Origin: Eledone cirrhosa | Taxonomy: Eukaryota | Assembly: GCA_964016885.1 (NCBI GenBank) | Contig: OZ024745.1 | Span: 79,608,001 to 79,672,000, forward strand | Reading direction: 5' to 3' | Length of the DNA stretch: 64,000 bases | Part shown: piece after piece, positions 22,851 to 35,858 of the stretch | Layout of the letters: every line of letters starts with the position of its first letter | How positions within the stretch are numbered: position 1 is the stretch's first letter | Program-made: the position numbers and the translations under genes | The notes under the pieces: generated by a model | What the model was told of the DNA's origin: nothing | Seen by the model: the letters and a program-made list of their open reading frames with translations, nothing else | Database searches by the model: none

Positions 22851-23127
22851 AATTGTTTCTACTCTTGGCACAAGTGTATTACTGGTACTTTATTTTATCG
22901 ACCCCGTAAGGATGAAATGCAAAGTTAACCTCAGCGGGATTTGAACACAGATCATAAAGGGCCGTAACTCTTTGCCACAAAGCATGGCGTCCGACTTCAA
23001 TGTGGTGTGTGTGCTTTGGGTAGGCTTGAAATGCGGACTACGTGACATGTAAAGGAGATAGGGTGTTAGTTGTTGGCATGGAGAGGAAGGCCAAACTGCT
23101 ATCAGGAGCAAAAGGGGTAAGATTAGA

Positions 23128-23251
23128 CTTCGGTCTCTTCTGCGTGAGAGCATGTGAGGTTATTTCATTGCTGTATCTATGATATATAATATGTTTGATT
23201 CTTCGCTCGGCATACATATTCCCAGGTGTTAATTAATTTATTTATTACTAG
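23128..23251. repeat. Left arm of a 124-bp inverted repeat flanking CNG exon 4
   Basis: Reverse complement of 25645-25768, with 4 mismatches. Confidence 0.9.
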
Positions 23252-23714
23252 TATTTTGGTAAATTTAATTGTTTTTTTTTTTATCATACTTTATCATTTA
23301 ATGTTTAGAGTTTCGCATTGTTTGTTTTTTGCTTCAGCCTGGTATTATTCGATTCAAACTCGCTCTGTTAATTTGTTTGTTGGAGATGTTGGTCAGTATA
23401 AATTTTTTATTTATTTTGTTTTGTGTTGTTTGGATTTACTTTAATAGAAGGATGCAGCCTGATGACGTCAGTCAGCCCCACATTAGTATTTGGTGTAGGT
23501 TTGGTTGTTGTTATACTGGGAGTGTTTGGTGTGATTTTGAAGGGGGTGATTGATTTTACTTTATGTCTACTGTGGTATGTGTCTGATGGGTAAGGTTGTA
23601 TGTAGCTTTATGGATAGCATATGCTTCAGTTCATGAATAACATTGGTTTTACGCGCAGCAATTCAGTAGTCTGACTCCGTAGAGAATTGGCTTACTGCTA
23701 TTAATAATATAATA

Positions 23715-24110
23715 ATTGTTTCTACTTTAGGCACAAGGCCAGCAATTACCCAGTACATTACTGGTACTTTATTTTATCGACCCCGTAAGGATGAAAGGCA
23801 AAGTTAACCTCGACGGGATTTGAACTCAGACCGTAAAGGGACGTAACTATGCTGGAAAGCATGGCGTCCGACTCTCTACCGATACTGCCAATCCAGTAAT
23901 AATAAGTTATAATTAGGCACAAGCCCAGCAATTTTGGGGAAAGGAAACGCCAATTATATCGACTCCAGTGCTTTATTTGTACTTTGTTCAATCGATACCA
24001 GAACGATGAAAGCCAGAGTCGATCTTGGTTGGGTTTGAACTCAGAACGCTAGAAAGTTCTAACTAAATACCACAAAGCATTTTGTCTGACGCTTTACTGA
24101 TACTACCAAT
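23715..24110 (-). mobile_element. Two adjacent tRNA-derived SINE copies (others at ~22852-22998 and ~25350-25510, minus)
   Basis: Same conserved SINE body and A/B boxes. Confidence 0.8.
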
Positions 24111-24147
24111 CCGAAATAATGAAAAGAAGAAGAAAAACTTGACCTAC

Positions 24148-25035
24148 CTTTACGACAGACAACATCTCCCGGACTAAACACTTGAAGACGAAGTTTCAGT
24201 ACCAGCTCATGAAGAAGTCCTGGCTCGCAATCTTGAAATAGTCGAACTTTTTGCAAGGTTTCCAGGTGGACCTGCATAGCGATTTCTGTCTGAAGGTTGT
24301 GTGGAAGACAATTTAATGATGAACTTTCGTCCATGGTTTGATGAGTTTCCCACTTATAGTCGAACCATTTCAATACTCTTGTTTGTAGCTTGATGTCCAC
24401 CTTGCTTTTTTGCATATAGCGTTTGACATCGTCTAAACGCGTGCGGAAACTGTCTTTCACTAAGTTGGCACTGTTGATCATAGCACCCACGTTACCAAAG
24501 ATCGAAGCAAATATGAGCACTCCGAACATGAACGCTATGATAACATAGATATAAGCAGCAGTAGTCACTGGTGGTTCAGTCTCACCGATCGTGGTCAATG
24601 TTTGCATTGACCACCACAGAGGCAAGAGGTATTGGTGACGCATGGATAAATAGATATGATCTTTTGGTAATACAGCGAAGTTTATCACTTCATTTGGATA
24701 GACCCAAGTATCCGTACCGAGACCAATCCACATGCTCAATGCAAAATAAAGGCAAGCATTCCAGTGGATGAGAAGGGCGACATAAATAATAAGATGAATA
24801 ATGCGGATAAGGTTCGAAAAAGAGCTACGTGTTTCGAGAATATCGAAGAGTTGTCTCATTCGATAAAGACGCAGCATGCGGTTGACACGGATTAGAGTGG
24901 CATCGGAACCGAGAAAAATGTAAAGCAGATCTGTTGGCAAAATACTGAGTATATCCAATTTGAAGCTCCTCGATCTTACGTAAAATATGAACAGCTTACG
25001 AACATCATAGATGACGAGACCATTTTCGATCTGAC
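24148..25035 (-). CDS. CNG channel exon 4 (888 nt: S3-S6, pore, C-linker, start of CNBD)
   Basis: S4 IRVNRMLRLYRMR, HWNACLYF, pore LTTIGETEPP, GVLIFASIFGNVG, LFQDCEPG, FSPGDVVCRKG. Acceptor tttag at 25037-25036, donor gtaggt at 24147; phase 1-1. Confidence 0.95.
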
Positions 25036-25644
25036 CTAAAATATTTGAAAGAGAAAGAAAAATAAGTTTTCATATTTCGATAACAAAATTTTAAAGAGAA
25101 TTTCTATATACGTATAACATTCTGGACGAGGGAAAAGGCGATTAAATTAACCCATATAGTTATAATTGATAAGCGAGAAGGTTGTGGTTTCTTTTCTTTT
25201 TTTCTTTTAACCCGTAACTCCTGGAGGAGTCGTAGGGGCGCTGTAGTAACAAACGCCGTTTTTTGAGCGGGGCTCATCCCATCTCCAGGTCTGAACACAG
25301 CCTATTTCGTCTGGAGTAAAGAAAGAAAGTGATAGAGAGGAAAAGCCGATCCCAGTACTGGACTGGTACTTTTTTTTTTTATCTATCTCGAAAGGATGAA
25401 AGGCAAAGTTGACTTCAGCAGAATTTGAATTCAGAGTGCAACAAATCGGAACGAATATTGTAAAGCATTCTATCTAACATTCTAACGAGTTTGGAATTTG
25501 TCGCCTTAAGGTTGTATTTTATTTGTACAGTGGAGATATGTGTACATACGTGTTCAACAATAACAGATTGGGTAGAACAGAAAGATATATTGTATTCCTA
25601 CATTAAAGATGCAAAACACGTTGTGTGGTTGGTGCACATCATAT

Positions 25645-25768
25645 CTAGTAATGAATAAATTAATTAACACCTGGGCATATGTATGCCGAGCGAAGAATCA
25701 AACATATTATATATCATAGATATAGCAATGAAATAACCTCACATGCTCTCATGCAGAAGAGACCGAAG
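25645..25768. repeat. Right arm of the 124-bp inverted repeat flanking CNG exon 4
   Basis: See 23128-23251. Confidence 0.9.
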
Positions 25769-25861
25769 GCAGATCATATGCTGCGTCATTGTGCACAATG
25801 TTGAGCAATTAACCTAGACTAAACTGAATGAAACACCCTATATAAAGATGAGGATTATTTT

Positions 25862-26095
25862 ACCTATTTAATATATTTACTTAATAAACAATAATATATA
25901 CATAACAACGACAACAATAATAACAGCAATAATAAAAAAAAGAAAAAGACAGAAAAAAGAACGGGAAGGGGAGGGGATGGGAAGCGAGGGGAGAGTGGTT
26001 GGGCTTTGGGCCTAGGGCATTGGGGCGGAAGGGCTGTGCTCCGCGGACAATGGCCAGTGACACCCGCTGCAACAGCCACCCAAGCTGTGGCCCAT
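25862..26095 (-). mobile_element. 3' end remnant of a CRE-like (restriction-like endonuclease) non-LTR element
   Basis: GWLLQRVSLAIVRGA resembles the CRE-clade C-terminal QRxSxAIxRGNA motif. Confidence 0.4.
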
Positions 26096-26283
26096 TGTTA
26101 ATGTTGTCGTTATAACTGTTGTTGTCATAACTCTTTTGGCCATAACTAGTTGTTTTTTTTGTTTTTTGTTTTCTTTTGCTGTAGCAGTAATTGCTGACGT
26201 TGACCTTGTTACAACCAAATATGGTGATGTTGTTATTATTTTAACCCTTGTTGTCAGGAGAAGTGCTGAGTGATGCGGAACAG

Positions 26284-26341
<58 letters not shown>

Positions 26342-26347
<6 letters not shown>

Positions 26348-26495
26348 GGACGGGTGTTTCAGGACTGAAAAGCCGCCCAGTATGCTGATGTCTAACACAA
26401 CTAGGACATCAAGTGCAGGTCAACCTTCAGGCGGATCGAGTTCCCTTGGACCAACACCGTCTCGCCTGCTTCCGTTCTACCTCGCAGCCAACCTA

Positions 26496-26500
<5 letters not shown>
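26342..26500. repeat. ~160-bp dispersed repeat, copy 1 (copy 2 at ~27784-27942)
   Basis: The two copies are near-identical (one substitution seen) and in the same orientation. Confidence 0.85.
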
Positions 26501-26591
<91 letters not shown>

Positions 26592-26710
26592 TATAGAGAG
26601 AGAGAGCTGCTCTATCTACAGCCGTAGTGTTAGAGGTAAATTTATCCGAAACGTAAAATTGCAGATTTCAAATCAACATGTTCATTGGAAATTGAAAATA
26701 ATTATTTTTC

Positions 26711-26892
26711 TTTGGCAGTATCGGCAGAGGGTCAGACGCCATGCTTTGCAGCATAGAGTTACGGCCCTTTATGGTCTGAGTTCAAAACCCGCCGAGGTTA
26801 ACTTTGCCTTTCATCCTTACGGGGTCGATAAAATAAAGTACCAGTAATGTACTGGGTATTTGCTGGCCTTGTGCCTAAACTAGAAACAATTA
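26711..26892 (+). mobile_element. tRNA-derived SINE
   Basis: Full body with A and B boxes. Confidence 0.85.
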
Positions 26893-27100
26893 TTTTTCTT
26901 TATCGTTCCAGGAATGGAAGAATCATTTTAAAGAATCATTTTAAAGAATCATTTCTATTTTATCTTTTATATCTTATTCTATTCTCTCATGAAAGTCTAG
27001 TGTCCGAAACCTAAAGACTTTTTCCTACTATATCAAGCGTTAAACTAATATATTTCTTTATTGTACTGTGCTGTTTGCTTTATATATATATATATATTTA

Positions 27101-27285
27101 ATATAGAAATGGCTTCTACAAGACTAGAAGTGTTTCATTCGGGAGAAATCATCAGTGCTTCCTGGTGATTTCTCCCGAATGAAACAGTTCTAGTCTTGTA
27201 GACACCATTTCTATATCAAATATTTATACTCTGTTATGTATTGAGTACCTTAATTACTGTGGTTACCCACGATTGAACCCAAGAT

Positions 27286-27289
<4 letters not shown>
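27101..27289 (+). mobile_element. Palindromic hammerhead-bearing PLE mini-insertion (family P), degenerate core
   Basis: Arms 27101-27155 / 27162-27216. The plus-arm core is mutated to CTGGTGA. Shares the family tail ...GATTGAACCC. Confidence 0.75.
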
Positions 27290-27363
<74 letters not shown>

Positions 27364-27371
<8 letters not shown>

Positions 27372-27740
27372 ACTCAAGCTATGCTTATTAGGAATCAGTT
27401 ACGATGGACAGGTCACATGATTCGTATGGGTGACGGACGCATCCTTAAGAACATGGGCAAAAGGTTAAATAGTAAGCCAAGGAGGAGATACAGAGATTTT
27501 CTAAAAGCGAACTTAATATGTTTTAACATATCCTACAAAAATCTTGAATCATGTGCAGTAGATAGAGTAGACTGGAGAAATGTCATTTGGGATAGAGTTA
27601 AAGCATTTGAAATGGAGAGGGTAAAACATGTAGAACTGAAAAGAAAAGAGTGAAAGAATGAGACCAATAGTACTAAACATGCAGAACATTTGCAAGTCAC
27701 GTGGTGGATTGAAGCGACATCTGAACATACACAATAAGCA
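27364..27740 (+). pseudogene. RTE 3' fragment
   Basis: QLRWTGHMIRM...KPRRRYRDFLK...KSRGGLKRHLNIH. Confidence 0.7.
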
Positions 27741-28199
27741 AACCCAAAATGAAAAAAAGAATGAAATGAAACATTATTGTATTATTTGTGGACGGGTGTT
27801 TCAGGACTGAAAAGCCGCCCAGTATGCTGATGTCTAACACAACTAGGACATCAAGTGCAGGTCAACCTTCAGGCGGATCGAGTTTCCTTGGACCAACACC
27901 GTCTCGCCTGCTTCCGTTCTACCTCGCAGCCAACCTACATCATTATGATTCGAAGCAATCATATGTATTTATTGAAATGATGAATGTTTTAGAACGTAAA
28001 TGATGTTGTTTTAGATGTGCTTGCCTTTTCTTCAACACCCCCATGTCTTCCACCCCAACACATAAACATTTAATTTCGTTTCAAGGTAATTAAGTATGTA
28101 TGTGTTTGTCTGTGTGTGCAGGTATAGGCGTTAATGCATGTGTGGATCTATGTTTTGAGTTATATGTGTACACCTGCATATGTTTCTGTATCTATACAT

Positions 28200-28560
28200 G
28201 TGTAAATGCATTATTACATGCTGAATTTCTGAAATGTTTTACATGTTTTTAATGTTCCATTGGTGGACTGTACTTGCAACTTCCTAACTAACCGTGCTCT
28301 TTCTGGTTCTGTAAAGCCAAGCTTCTCAAGATTTGTACTAAGGGAGTTAATGACATAGCCCAGAGCCCCAATATCGCAAGGACAAATCTAAAAATATAGT
28401 CAAGGTGGAATGTCTGCAGATTCCTTATTAGTTCAGCATAGATATCCTCCTTTTCGCTAATCTTTAGCGACATCTGATGGGCAGTTGAATTCCACTCCTG
28501 TGCATGTCTTCTTTTCGTTGTCCCCTACCACTATGTCTGGTCTGTTATGTTTGCATTTTG
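28200..28560 (-). pseudogene. R4/Dong-like non-LTR 3' fragment (restriction-like endonuclease)
   Basis: KISEKEDIYAELIRNLQ; homologous to 46376-46955. Confidence 0.55.
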
Positions 28561-28638
28561 TTGGGATTTTGACTGGAACATTCCACCAGTACTCTTTCAT
28601 TTTCTGTATGAATATGCCCTCCATATCGTATGTATGAT

Positions 28639-28723
<85 letters not shown>

Positions 28724-28726
<3 letters not shown>

Positions 28727-30964
28727 GGGTCACTAAACTACGGCCCGCGACGTCAGTTCATCAGGCCCGCCGACGGTACTAGCATTTGTGTGATAAAACG
28801 GATGGAACACGAGATGTTTCTAATTCAATGTCTTTTTCATTTTCAGATCCCGTTTTCTTTACCCTTTATTATGGCTACTAAGAAAAGAAAAGTGGACGCC
28901 GAGTGTCGCGTTTTCAATGAAGAATGGGGAGTAAAGTACTTCTTTGTGGAAACAAAGGACCAGAAAGCTAGTTGCGTGGTATGCAGCGAAAGTGTTGCCG
29001 TTTTGAAAGAGTACAATCTTCGGCGTCACTATGAAACAAAACATCTATCAACATATTCAAAGTTTTCTGGAAACTTCCGCTCTAAGAAATATGAGTCCAT
29101 GAAACGTAGTTTAGAAACTCAAAGAAATCTCTTCACGAGAAAGTTTGCTGAAAATGAATCTGTCACTCGTACAAGTTAAAAAATAGTGTATAAGTTGGCA
29201 GAGCGAGGAAAACTGTTTACTGATGGCAACTTCATGAAAGAGTGTATGATGGAAGCAGCAAATGACTTGTGTCCTGAGAAAGCCGAATTTGTTTGGAAGT
29301 ATCAGCCTTTCGGCAAGTTCAGTTGTGCGGAGAACAGAAGAACTTGGAGAGAACATAGTGCTACAGATACGCGAGAAAGCTAGGAACTTGTTGTGGTATT
29401 CTCTGGCGCTGGATGAGTCTACTGATCTCTCGAGTACGTCACAACTTCTCGTGTTCATTCGTGGTGTCAATTTGGACTTTCAGATAACGGAAGAGTTGGC
29501 ATCCGTTTGCTGCATGCATGGAACAACAACTGGAAAAGACATTTTCATGGAAGTGCAGAAAACTTTGCAAGAATATAACCATCAGTGGAATCAGCTTCGA
29601 GGTGTTACAGTTGATGGAGGAAAAAACATGGCTGGAGTGAGGAAGGGTCTGGTCGGGCAGATCAGGACTCAGTTGGAAGATTTGCAAATTCCGGGCACTC
29701 TGTTCATACACTGCATCATACATCAGCAAGCACTTGGATATTTCTTGTGTACTGAAACCAGTCGTTTCTGCTGTGAACTTCATTCGGGGACATGCACTCA
29801 ATCTCCGTCAGTTCTAGGCTTTTCTTGAAGAAATTGATTCTGATTTCTGTGACTTGCCTTATCACACAGCAATGAGCTGGCTCAGTTGCGGTACAGTCCT
29901 GTTTCGTTTTTACAAACTCCGAAACGAAATAGATGTTTTTCTCACTGAAAAAGATAGAGCTGATCCACAGCTGTCAGATCCTACCTGGCTGTCAAAGTTG
30001 TCATTTTTGGTCGACATCACATCCCACATGAATGAACTGAACTTGAAACTTCAGGGAAAGGATAACCTCGTCTGTGACCTCTACAGAATCATCAAAGGAT
30101 TTCGGAGAAAGCTGTCATTGTTTAAAGCACAACTGAAAGGAGAAAACTTCTCTCATTTTCACTGTTTCAAAGAGTTTTGCGCTACAATTGCTGAAGATGT
30201 CAACCTCGATTTTCCTAAAAAGATTATTCGTGACTTGAAGAAGCATTTTTTGGAGAGATTTTCAGATCTCGACAGAATTGAGAGTGACATTCTTCTGTTC
30301 CAGAATCCGTTTGATTGTAACCTTGATGATGTGCCAGTTGAACTACAGTTGGAGCTCATTGATTTGCAAGCAAATAACTTGTTGAAAGAGAAGCACAGAG
30401 AAGGAAAACTTGTTGAATTTTACCGCTTCTTACCTGATGTTGAGTTTCCGAAATTGAAGAAAATTGCCGCTGGTATGACATCATTGTTTGGAACAACTTA
30501 TGTCTGTGAGCAAACATTTTCAAAAATGAAATATGTGAAGTCAACACATCGAACGAGATTGACTGATGAACATTTGAAAGCAATTCTCTTGATTGGATGC
30601 AGCAATTCCAAACCAAACATTGATGATATCTTGAAAGTCAAACGTCAGTTTCACAAATCTCACTCACCTTTTTTGCTGCTTAGTTTGTAAGATTCGGATA
30701 TGTGCACACGAGGTCTGATGTAACTATATTTTTGCTAACGTCGCCTTCTTTGATAACTTTTTAGTAAATAAATATGTTGGTTGTCTTTGTTTTTTGTGCA
30801 TTGCACACCACTCACCCATGATTAACATGGAATGCTAAATGTAGTGTTTCGTCTTTTTTCCAAGAGCTTTCGTTCTGGCTTGCAAGTATTGAACAGAATG
30901 ATTATGCTGCCCGCGCTCGTCATTCTTTCAGTTATCCGGCCCACGAGAGATCAGTAGACCCCTG
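28724..30964 (+). mobile_element. hAT (Charlie/SPIN-like) DNA transposon
   Basis: TIRs CAGGGGTC / GACCCCTG, with ATATATAT on both sides (consistent with an 8-bp TSD). Confidence 0.9.
28871..30690 (+). pseudogene. hAT transposase (GTF2IRD2/EPM2AIP1-like), broken by a stop and frameshifts
   Basis: BED finger CVVC...NLRRHYETKH, SLALDESTD, TVDGGKNM, HCIIHQQAL, TTYVCEQTFSKM, RTRLTDEHL. Confidence 0.9.
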
Positions 30965-30969
30965 ATATA

Positions 30970-32745
30970 TATCATCATCCTCATTTTACGTCCGCTTTTC
31001 CCTGCTTGCAAGGGTTGGACGAGTCCTATTCAGCACAGCATCTCTCCACTTGTCACGGCCCTTCGTCATCACCTCGGTGAGTTTCAGCGATCTTAGGTCT
31101 GCTCTCACCACCCTCGCCCATGTTTTACGTGGTCTACCTCTACTGCGTCTTCCTTCTACTGGGATTTCTTGGCACTTCTTTACCCAGCTGTCATCCTCCA
31201 TGCGGATCACATGTCCGTACCATCTCAGTCTTATCTAATGCACACCACAACTTATCCCTCTTATACCCAGTTTCGTTCTCAACTCGTCTATGCTTGGTCG
31301 TTCACGCACATTGACATTTCACATCCAACGGAGTATGCTTGCTTCATTTCTCTTCAGCCGTCACATATCCTCTGCAGTTGCTGCCCATGTCTCACTACCA
31401 TACAGCATCGCACACCTCACACAGGCATCATATAACCGTCCTTTCGTACGCATGGAGAAACCCTTCTTTGTCAACAGAGGAAGCACCTCCCTAAACTTCT
31501 TCCAACCCGTCCTTATTCACCAACCTCCCATGCTAATCTGATCACCTAGGTACCGGAAGCTATCAACCACTTCTATAGAACCCACCTGCATTGGAAAAAT
31601 GTGTCTATCAATGCGATTACTACTGCCAACTTTCCCTGTACATCTACTGCATACGTAGCTTTCCCTACCTGTTAGTTTGCCTACTATCCCACTACATCTA
31701 TTGTGTACCCAAGATCTGCATTGCGTACATTTTATGGAATTTATGCCAGTTCCTTTCCTACATATCGAACATGGCCATTTCCCCGATGGAATCAGAGTAT
31801 TGTCCTCTTTTCTACTTATCAACACTTTTGTCTTAGCTATGTTCACTCTCAGTCCTCTTGATTCCAACTGCTGTTTCCATAGCCAGAATTTATTCTCTAG
31901 CTCCGCTACTGATTATGCTATAAGAACCAGATCATCAGCATAGAGAAGTTCCCATGGGCATCCAGTCTTAAACTCCTCTGTTATGGCTTGGAAGACTATA
32001 ATGAACAAGAGCGGGCTGAGGACCGAACCCTGATGTACATCAAATTGTATCTGGAATTCCTCACTAAACTCCATTCCTACTCTCACTTTACTGACAGCAC
32101 CCCTGTACATAGCTTGCACTGTCCTCACAAGCCATTCCTCTACACCTAGTTTCCTTAGGGACCACCAGATGACAGATCGGGGTACCCTATCAAAGGCCTT
32201 CTCTAGGTCAACAAAAGCTAAGTATAGTGGCTTATTCTTCTCTAAGAACTTCTCTTGTAGTTGCTTCCCTAAGAAGAGGGCATCTGTTGTACTTTTCCGA
32301 GGCACAAAACCAAACTGCATCTCATCTAATTTGACCCTTTCTTTAATCAGTTGCGCTAATATTCTCTCTGCCACTTTCATAACCTGATCCATAAGCTTTA
32401 TGCCCCTATAATTGCTCCTCTCCAGAGCATCCCATTTACCTTTGTAGCAATTTATGAGAATACTGCTGCACCAGTCTTTGGGTATTACACCAGCATATAT
32501 AGCTTGATCGATGATGCGTGCAACCAGTTTAGTGCCTTCTTTTCCTGATGCATTCAGCATCTCAGCAACTATACCCGACGGTCCAGCAACCTTACCATTC
32601 TTCATTTCTTTAATTGCCTCTTGTACCCTATATTCGTCAATCTCAATAGCTGGTCCCTCTGTCGGGTCTACTGGTGGTAATTTCTCTCTCCCCCATTCGT
32701 TCTCCACATTCATCAGTCTCTCATAATGACATTTCCAGGCCTCCT
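30970..32745 (-). pseudogene. 5'-truncated, internally deleted RTE-type LINE
   Basis: NYRGIKL, DLEKAFD, HQGSVLSP, LLYADD, a PHD-like Cys cluster, GRPRKTW, and an (ATG)n tail. Confidence 0.85.
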
Positions 32746-32785
32746 TTTATATATATATATATTAATATATTAATACACACACACA

Positions 32786-32865
<80 letters not shown>

Positions 32866-32868
<3 letters not shown>

Positions 32869-33278
32869 TATATATAAAGTGAAGTTGGGCGTTGTTTGGT
32901 GTACCGAACTTGCATGCTACACCGTTCATCCAATTTTCATGAAACCTCACACATATATAAAACTCAACGCGTAGAGTGGAATAGGCTACTTGAAAATTTC
33001 GAAAAATCGATAATTGGGACCCCAGAAGCCAAAAATCGATATTTTCAAAAATCGATGAAACTCGACGCAAGTGTGTATTTTGATCCGGGGATAAACGTGC
33101 GCTACATTAAATTTTCGAAAAATCGATAATTGGATCACCAGAGGCAAAAATCAGGACAACTCTAACTTACTATCTTTCCCTCTCTCCACCTTCACTAGCG
33201 CAGCCACACCTCCTGCCTGCTGATAAAATACATACATAGATAAACACACACATATATAGTTATGTATATATGTATGTA

Positions 33279-33325
<47 letters not shown>

Positions 33326-34559
33326 ATATATATGTCGTCCTACTGCATCGTCATGCCTCACCATGCCGCATCCATGCTCTGTCAGCCACCATGCCCTCCC
33401 CTTCCCTCTCCCTTACCCGCACGACTTGGTCCTTCACGAGTGCCATGGTTCACCATGCGGAATCCCTGCAACCGTCAATCCTGCCCATCTCCCTTCCCTG
33501 CACGCCGTCGTCCCACTGCATCGTCATGCATCACCATGCCGCATCAATGCTCTGTCAGCCGCCATCCCCTCCTTGGCCCTTTCTTTTTCCTGTCCGCAGT
33601 GCTCCTTCAAGACTGCCATGGATCACCATGCGGCATCCTTGCCACCGTCCACCCCTGCCCTCTTCCTTGCCTGCTGGCCGTCGCCCCACTACATCTTCAT
33701 GCCTCAGGATGCCGCCTCCATGCACTGTCAGCCACCATCCCATCCTCGGCCCTTTCTTTTGCCTGACCGCCGTGCTCCTTCAAGACTCCCATGGCTATCT
33801 ATGCCGCATCAATTCCTTGCCACCCGCTTAAACGTCATCAGTATGGCTTATTGTTGCCTCATTTGATCACCGATTTTCGCAGGCTAAACACAAGACCAAC
33901 GTGCACGATGGTCCATGGTAAATCTTTTTAATTACATGTTCTTGAGGCTGTTGCAAAGGGCAATAACCCTAGACGCAATTTTGATCAACTTTTTTTCACA
34001 TATAGCAAATTTACCGGGACAGGTCTTTAGCTACTCAAATCTACTTCAGAGGTCACGCGTTCATGTAAAAAATCAATAAAACTGAAGCGGGGGTTCGACT
34101 TTGCGCAAAAAACAAGGCAAAGTTGCAGATGGGATAATTTTTTACAGGAACGTCCGATTTTCGTGAAAACTGTCGCAAATGAATCGTCCATTATGCCGCG
34201 ATTCACATAAAGTCCCTTTTATTTATTCTTCTGCACATGTGGGCGCCAAAATTGTAAAAGAAAAAAAATATTTGAAAAAATCGACTTTTTCACCCTGCTT
34301 TAAAAATCAACTGAAAATTCAATTTCAAGTGAATTTGACTTCCGTCAGTCTTGCAAAGAACAATTTCAACGATACACTGTGAACCTACAATTGATCCATT
34401 ATTTATGCTCAATTACACACCTGCGTATACTAACCTCTGTTTTTTTCCTTGAGGTTCGAAGGTTTTTGCACCTGTGATGCGCGGTAAGTAACTTTCAAAC
34501 ATTTTAACAACAGACCAAAGGTCGACTTACACCCGGGCAACGCCGGGTACTTCTGCTAG
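32866..34559 (+). mobile_element. Non-autonomous Helitron
   Basis: 5' TC start, subterminal hairpin CCCGGGCAACGCCGGG, 3' CTAG, inserted between A and T. Internal GC-rich ~170-bp imperfect tandem repeats at 33335-33830. Confidence 0.8.
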
Positions 34560-34877
34560 TATATATATATATTTGAAAAAAAAGGAAAAGAATGACTTCA
34601 CCTGTAGTGTTAAATAATTTGATTTACTTTTATAATATTATAATATTATGAGTTGGTAGATCTAGTAAGTTCTTCGGTGTGAAGAATTTTAAAGATTCCT
34701 GGTTAACTTTGCTGGAGAACTTTCTCGCATTCGTCGGTGGCGATTGTCAAACTGAGATCAGGTTGTGTTGTGATGTGTGACTACATATAAGGGAGATTTG
34801 GATGTGTCTGGGGTGTGGTGTTAATGAGTGTTGAGGAAGATTTGGAGGAGTGAAGGCATACACACATACACACATAT

Positions 34878-34961
<84 letters not shown>

Positions 34962-35240
34962 TTATACTCGGAGCTTTCCTTGAGTGCTTATTAATATTTG
35001 TGACTAATCCCAGTTTTTTTTTTAAACTGCGAGAATATTGCTTATGCTGAACTCCATATTTTTGTTGAGTTTTTTCGGAATGTTTTGACTGGTGTTTCTT
35101 GTAAACAGTTTTTCGTCTCATCCCGCCATCACTAGCGTGTGTCCACGTGTGTTTTGTTATTTCAATTCTACACGCTGTTCGCTTGCCTGCTTTTAATTCC
35201 CCTCCGGCATTTTAGCAGTATTATTTAGTTAATGTGTTGA

Positions 35241-35320
35241 GCACTACTGAAGATCGACGCCAACCGTGACTAACCTCACTGAAAAGTTTCGTGAAATAGT
35301 CTTTTAAGACTATATAGTGC
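35241..35320 (+). ncRNA. Type I hammerhead ribozyme with a full stem III
   Basis: GCACTA CTGAAGA TCGA...TCGT GAAA TAGTCT-TTTA-AGACTA T A TAGTGC. Confidence 0.8.
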
Positions 35321-35478
35321 ATTTGTATTTTCCCCAAATTGACGGTTAAGTATTTTTTCTTGATTTTAAGATTGTATTACTTATCTCAAATCTTACGTTA
35401 AACATGTTTCATGTTGATGTTATAGTCACTTATATGTCTGAATTATTGTCGGCTTTTTGTTTACATTAATTTCTCTAT

Positions 35479-35552
<74 letters not shown>

Positions 35553-35821
35553 CAGCTAGTTATCGCTCTACATGGCTGAATACAATAAATGTAATCTGAG
35601 TTTTTCGAATATATATATGTGAGAAAAACCACAGACCCTCCATCTCAACTCACCTTTTGAAAAGCAGAAGAACTGCGAAACCGGTAAAGGAACCAAATAA
35701 ATATATATATTTAAAAAAAAAATAAGACTTCAGTTGCATTTTCGATTTCATCTCTTTTTCTTTATACTTCCACTCGTGTAGGACACCTCGGTTATTTTTC
35801 ATTTTGTAAAAAAAACCTCAC

Positions 35822-35858
<37 letters not shown>

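Noticed and set aside
24059-24147. C-terminal extension RSSFSSSFHYFG... of the 299-aa ORF
   Set aside because: It is intron/SINE read-through beyond the splice donor at 24147.
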